Positions 62,352 through 64,000 of a stretch of 64,000 nt of DNA are shown here, in pieces. Source of the stretch: Haliotis cracherodii. Lineage: Eukaryota. The DNA is taken from the NCBI RefSeq assembly GCF_022045235.1, contig NW_027266267.1:32426001-32490000 (forward strand), given 5' to 3'. Both the position numbers and the translations under genes were made by a program. The notes under the pieces are model-generated. The model was not told the origin of the DNA. It searched no databases and was given only the letters and a program-made list of their open reading frames with translations. Positions within the stretch are counted from its first letter, which is position 1, and each line of letters begins with the position of its first letter.

Positions 62352-62630
62352 TGTATCTACAATAGATGGAAAACAGTCAGCCTGTTTATCGTTATTGGAA
62401 GAAGAAAACAGCATGCAGCAAGCTCCAGTAATTAGTCCTTCACTGTTTGCCCTTGGTGGTAAGATAAAACATCATGTCCATTAAACCCAATCTCCTACTG
62501 GCCTTAATCTCCACTCGTTGCTAATGAGTTGCCTCCAGATCCATGGTTTGTGGCCAGGTCAAACACAGCCTAGAAGGTGTATACAGGCCACATACCACTG
62601 TCTTCCACTGGTTAGGGGTAGTCCTTAGGG

Positions 62631-62951
62631 CAGGGATGGGTACCTCGGGTACGCGGGTACCCACAGGTCTGTCACGTGACATGGTGTTTAATGACAAAAA
62701 TTATCTACACTCCATTGTTACACTACAAGTCATGAATGTTTCCATTTTTTTCTGACTGTTATATGTTTGAATAAAGATAAAGCTTTAGTCAACTTCAGTG
62801 TATGCATGAAGTATAGTGTACTTAGGTACTTTTTGCCGGGGCTCTGATGAATCAATTACCATTCAGACATTTTGTACCTATCTCTTGAGACCTACAGTGG
62901 GTAATAGTGGGTTGGGCACCCAGGTAGTAAATTCAGACTTATCCCAGCCCG
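62631..62951. mobile_element. Possible hAT-like MITE
   Basis: Left end cagggatgggta and right end tatcccagcccg form an imperfect TIR, with clustered gggta/ggtac subterminal motifs at both ends. Confidence 0.4.
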
Positions 62952-62956
62952 AGTTG

Positions 62957-63063
62957 TCCTGTGGTTAAAGTGTTTGGAGACACAGGTTTGATTCCTTACA
63001 ATGGTACAATGTGTGGAGGTAATTCTCTGTGTCCCCAAAACATGCCAGACACCACACTCACTT
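62957..63063 (+). mobile_element. tRNA-derived SINE (family B), degraded
   Basis: gtggttaaagtgttt...ggtttgattcc...atggtacaatgtgtg...gtgtcccc...actcac. Confidence 0.6.
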
Positions 63064-64000
63064 AAATCTTTTTAGTGAGTTAAATTATAAGTCATATAGG
63101 CAGTATGTCAGCCAAATTGTGACAACAATGAATTCTACATTAAAACTGATTTTGTGGATAATGGACAGTTTACTGCCTGGAATATCTCAATTCCTAAACG
63201 TTATTGTTAGGAACAGAAACAACTATAAAAGGGAGATTACTCTGTAACCAGGAAGAACGGAAATCAGTTGATGAAGTAAATACATGTATAACCCAATGAC
63301 TGTGAGAGCCGACTGAAATTATCACGGTGTGTGACTTGGCAGATTGTCATCACGCGACAACAGCATGTGTTGCTCATGCTATCGCTCACTGGTTTCTCTG
63401 ATATAGACATGGTGGAACTGACTTGTCTCCCTTTATTCTGCAATAATCTAATGACCCAGAGTGAGCTCATGGCTGTCCACTTTGTAGCTTTCTGAACGTA
63501 GATTTGAAAAATATGTGATTACGCTCAATTTTATAGCGCTGTGCGTTGACACGTTTCAGAGTTGAAAAAGGCGTTGAAATTGAAATCCCCTTCATTATCA
63601 AAGAGCAGAATAGCAGCGTGAGAATGTGTGGACTTTGACGTGATCGGAGCCTCACAATGACTGCTAATTCAACTGGTTGCTGTGTGTTTAGTTCATGACT
63701 AACTTTGGTTAGGATGGAGAGACGTTGAGCAACAGCTCGAATCAACAATTGGATGGCATAATGTTATCAAAACAGCCAAGAAACTGTTTAATCGCAATTA
63801 TCACAAATTGAATAAAAGACAATATTTTTTCAATTTCCATTATTTTTTTTCCATTTTCTGAGATTATAATGCAAGGAACTGCCAGTCACTTTGGCGTATT
63901 TGCCGCAAGTTGCGCTAGAAGATGTTTTTCCTCACTTGGATCTCGATAAACAGTTGGATGCGTTTGCCCAAAAATCTTCCAATCTTTCATCAAATTTAAT

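Overview
Eukaryotic, essentially non-coding DNA, most likely a mollusc. An abalone (Haliotis)-like gastropod is my inference from the SINE families and (ACTC)n tails, and it is not verified. The window looks like very long intronic sequence of a + strand gene, with one reasonably supported internal coding exon (47922-47978, 57 nt, peptide not recognised). About 20% of the window (roughly 12.5 kb by my count) is made of ~15 unrelated minisatellite or low-complexity arrays, and these account for every long ORF in the ORF track. There are four families of short retroposons: a tRNA-head SINE, a V-domain-like SINE, a CORE-like SINE, and an abundant ~240-280 bp element (family A) with no tRNA head. 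Several degraded non-autonomous DNA transposons are also present. I see no prokaryotic genes, CRISPR array, rRNA, intact tRNA or autonomous transposon ORF. The most interesting signal is family A. It has variable-length target-site duplications and shares its 3' tail with the tRNA SINE, but its 5' end can fold into a compact 33-nt H-type pseudoknot followed by a duplicated hairpin. That makes it a candidate structured-RNA-headed retroposon of untested function. A second notable feature is a 29-bp array that mimics the exon's own 3' splice site, lying immediately downstream of that exon.
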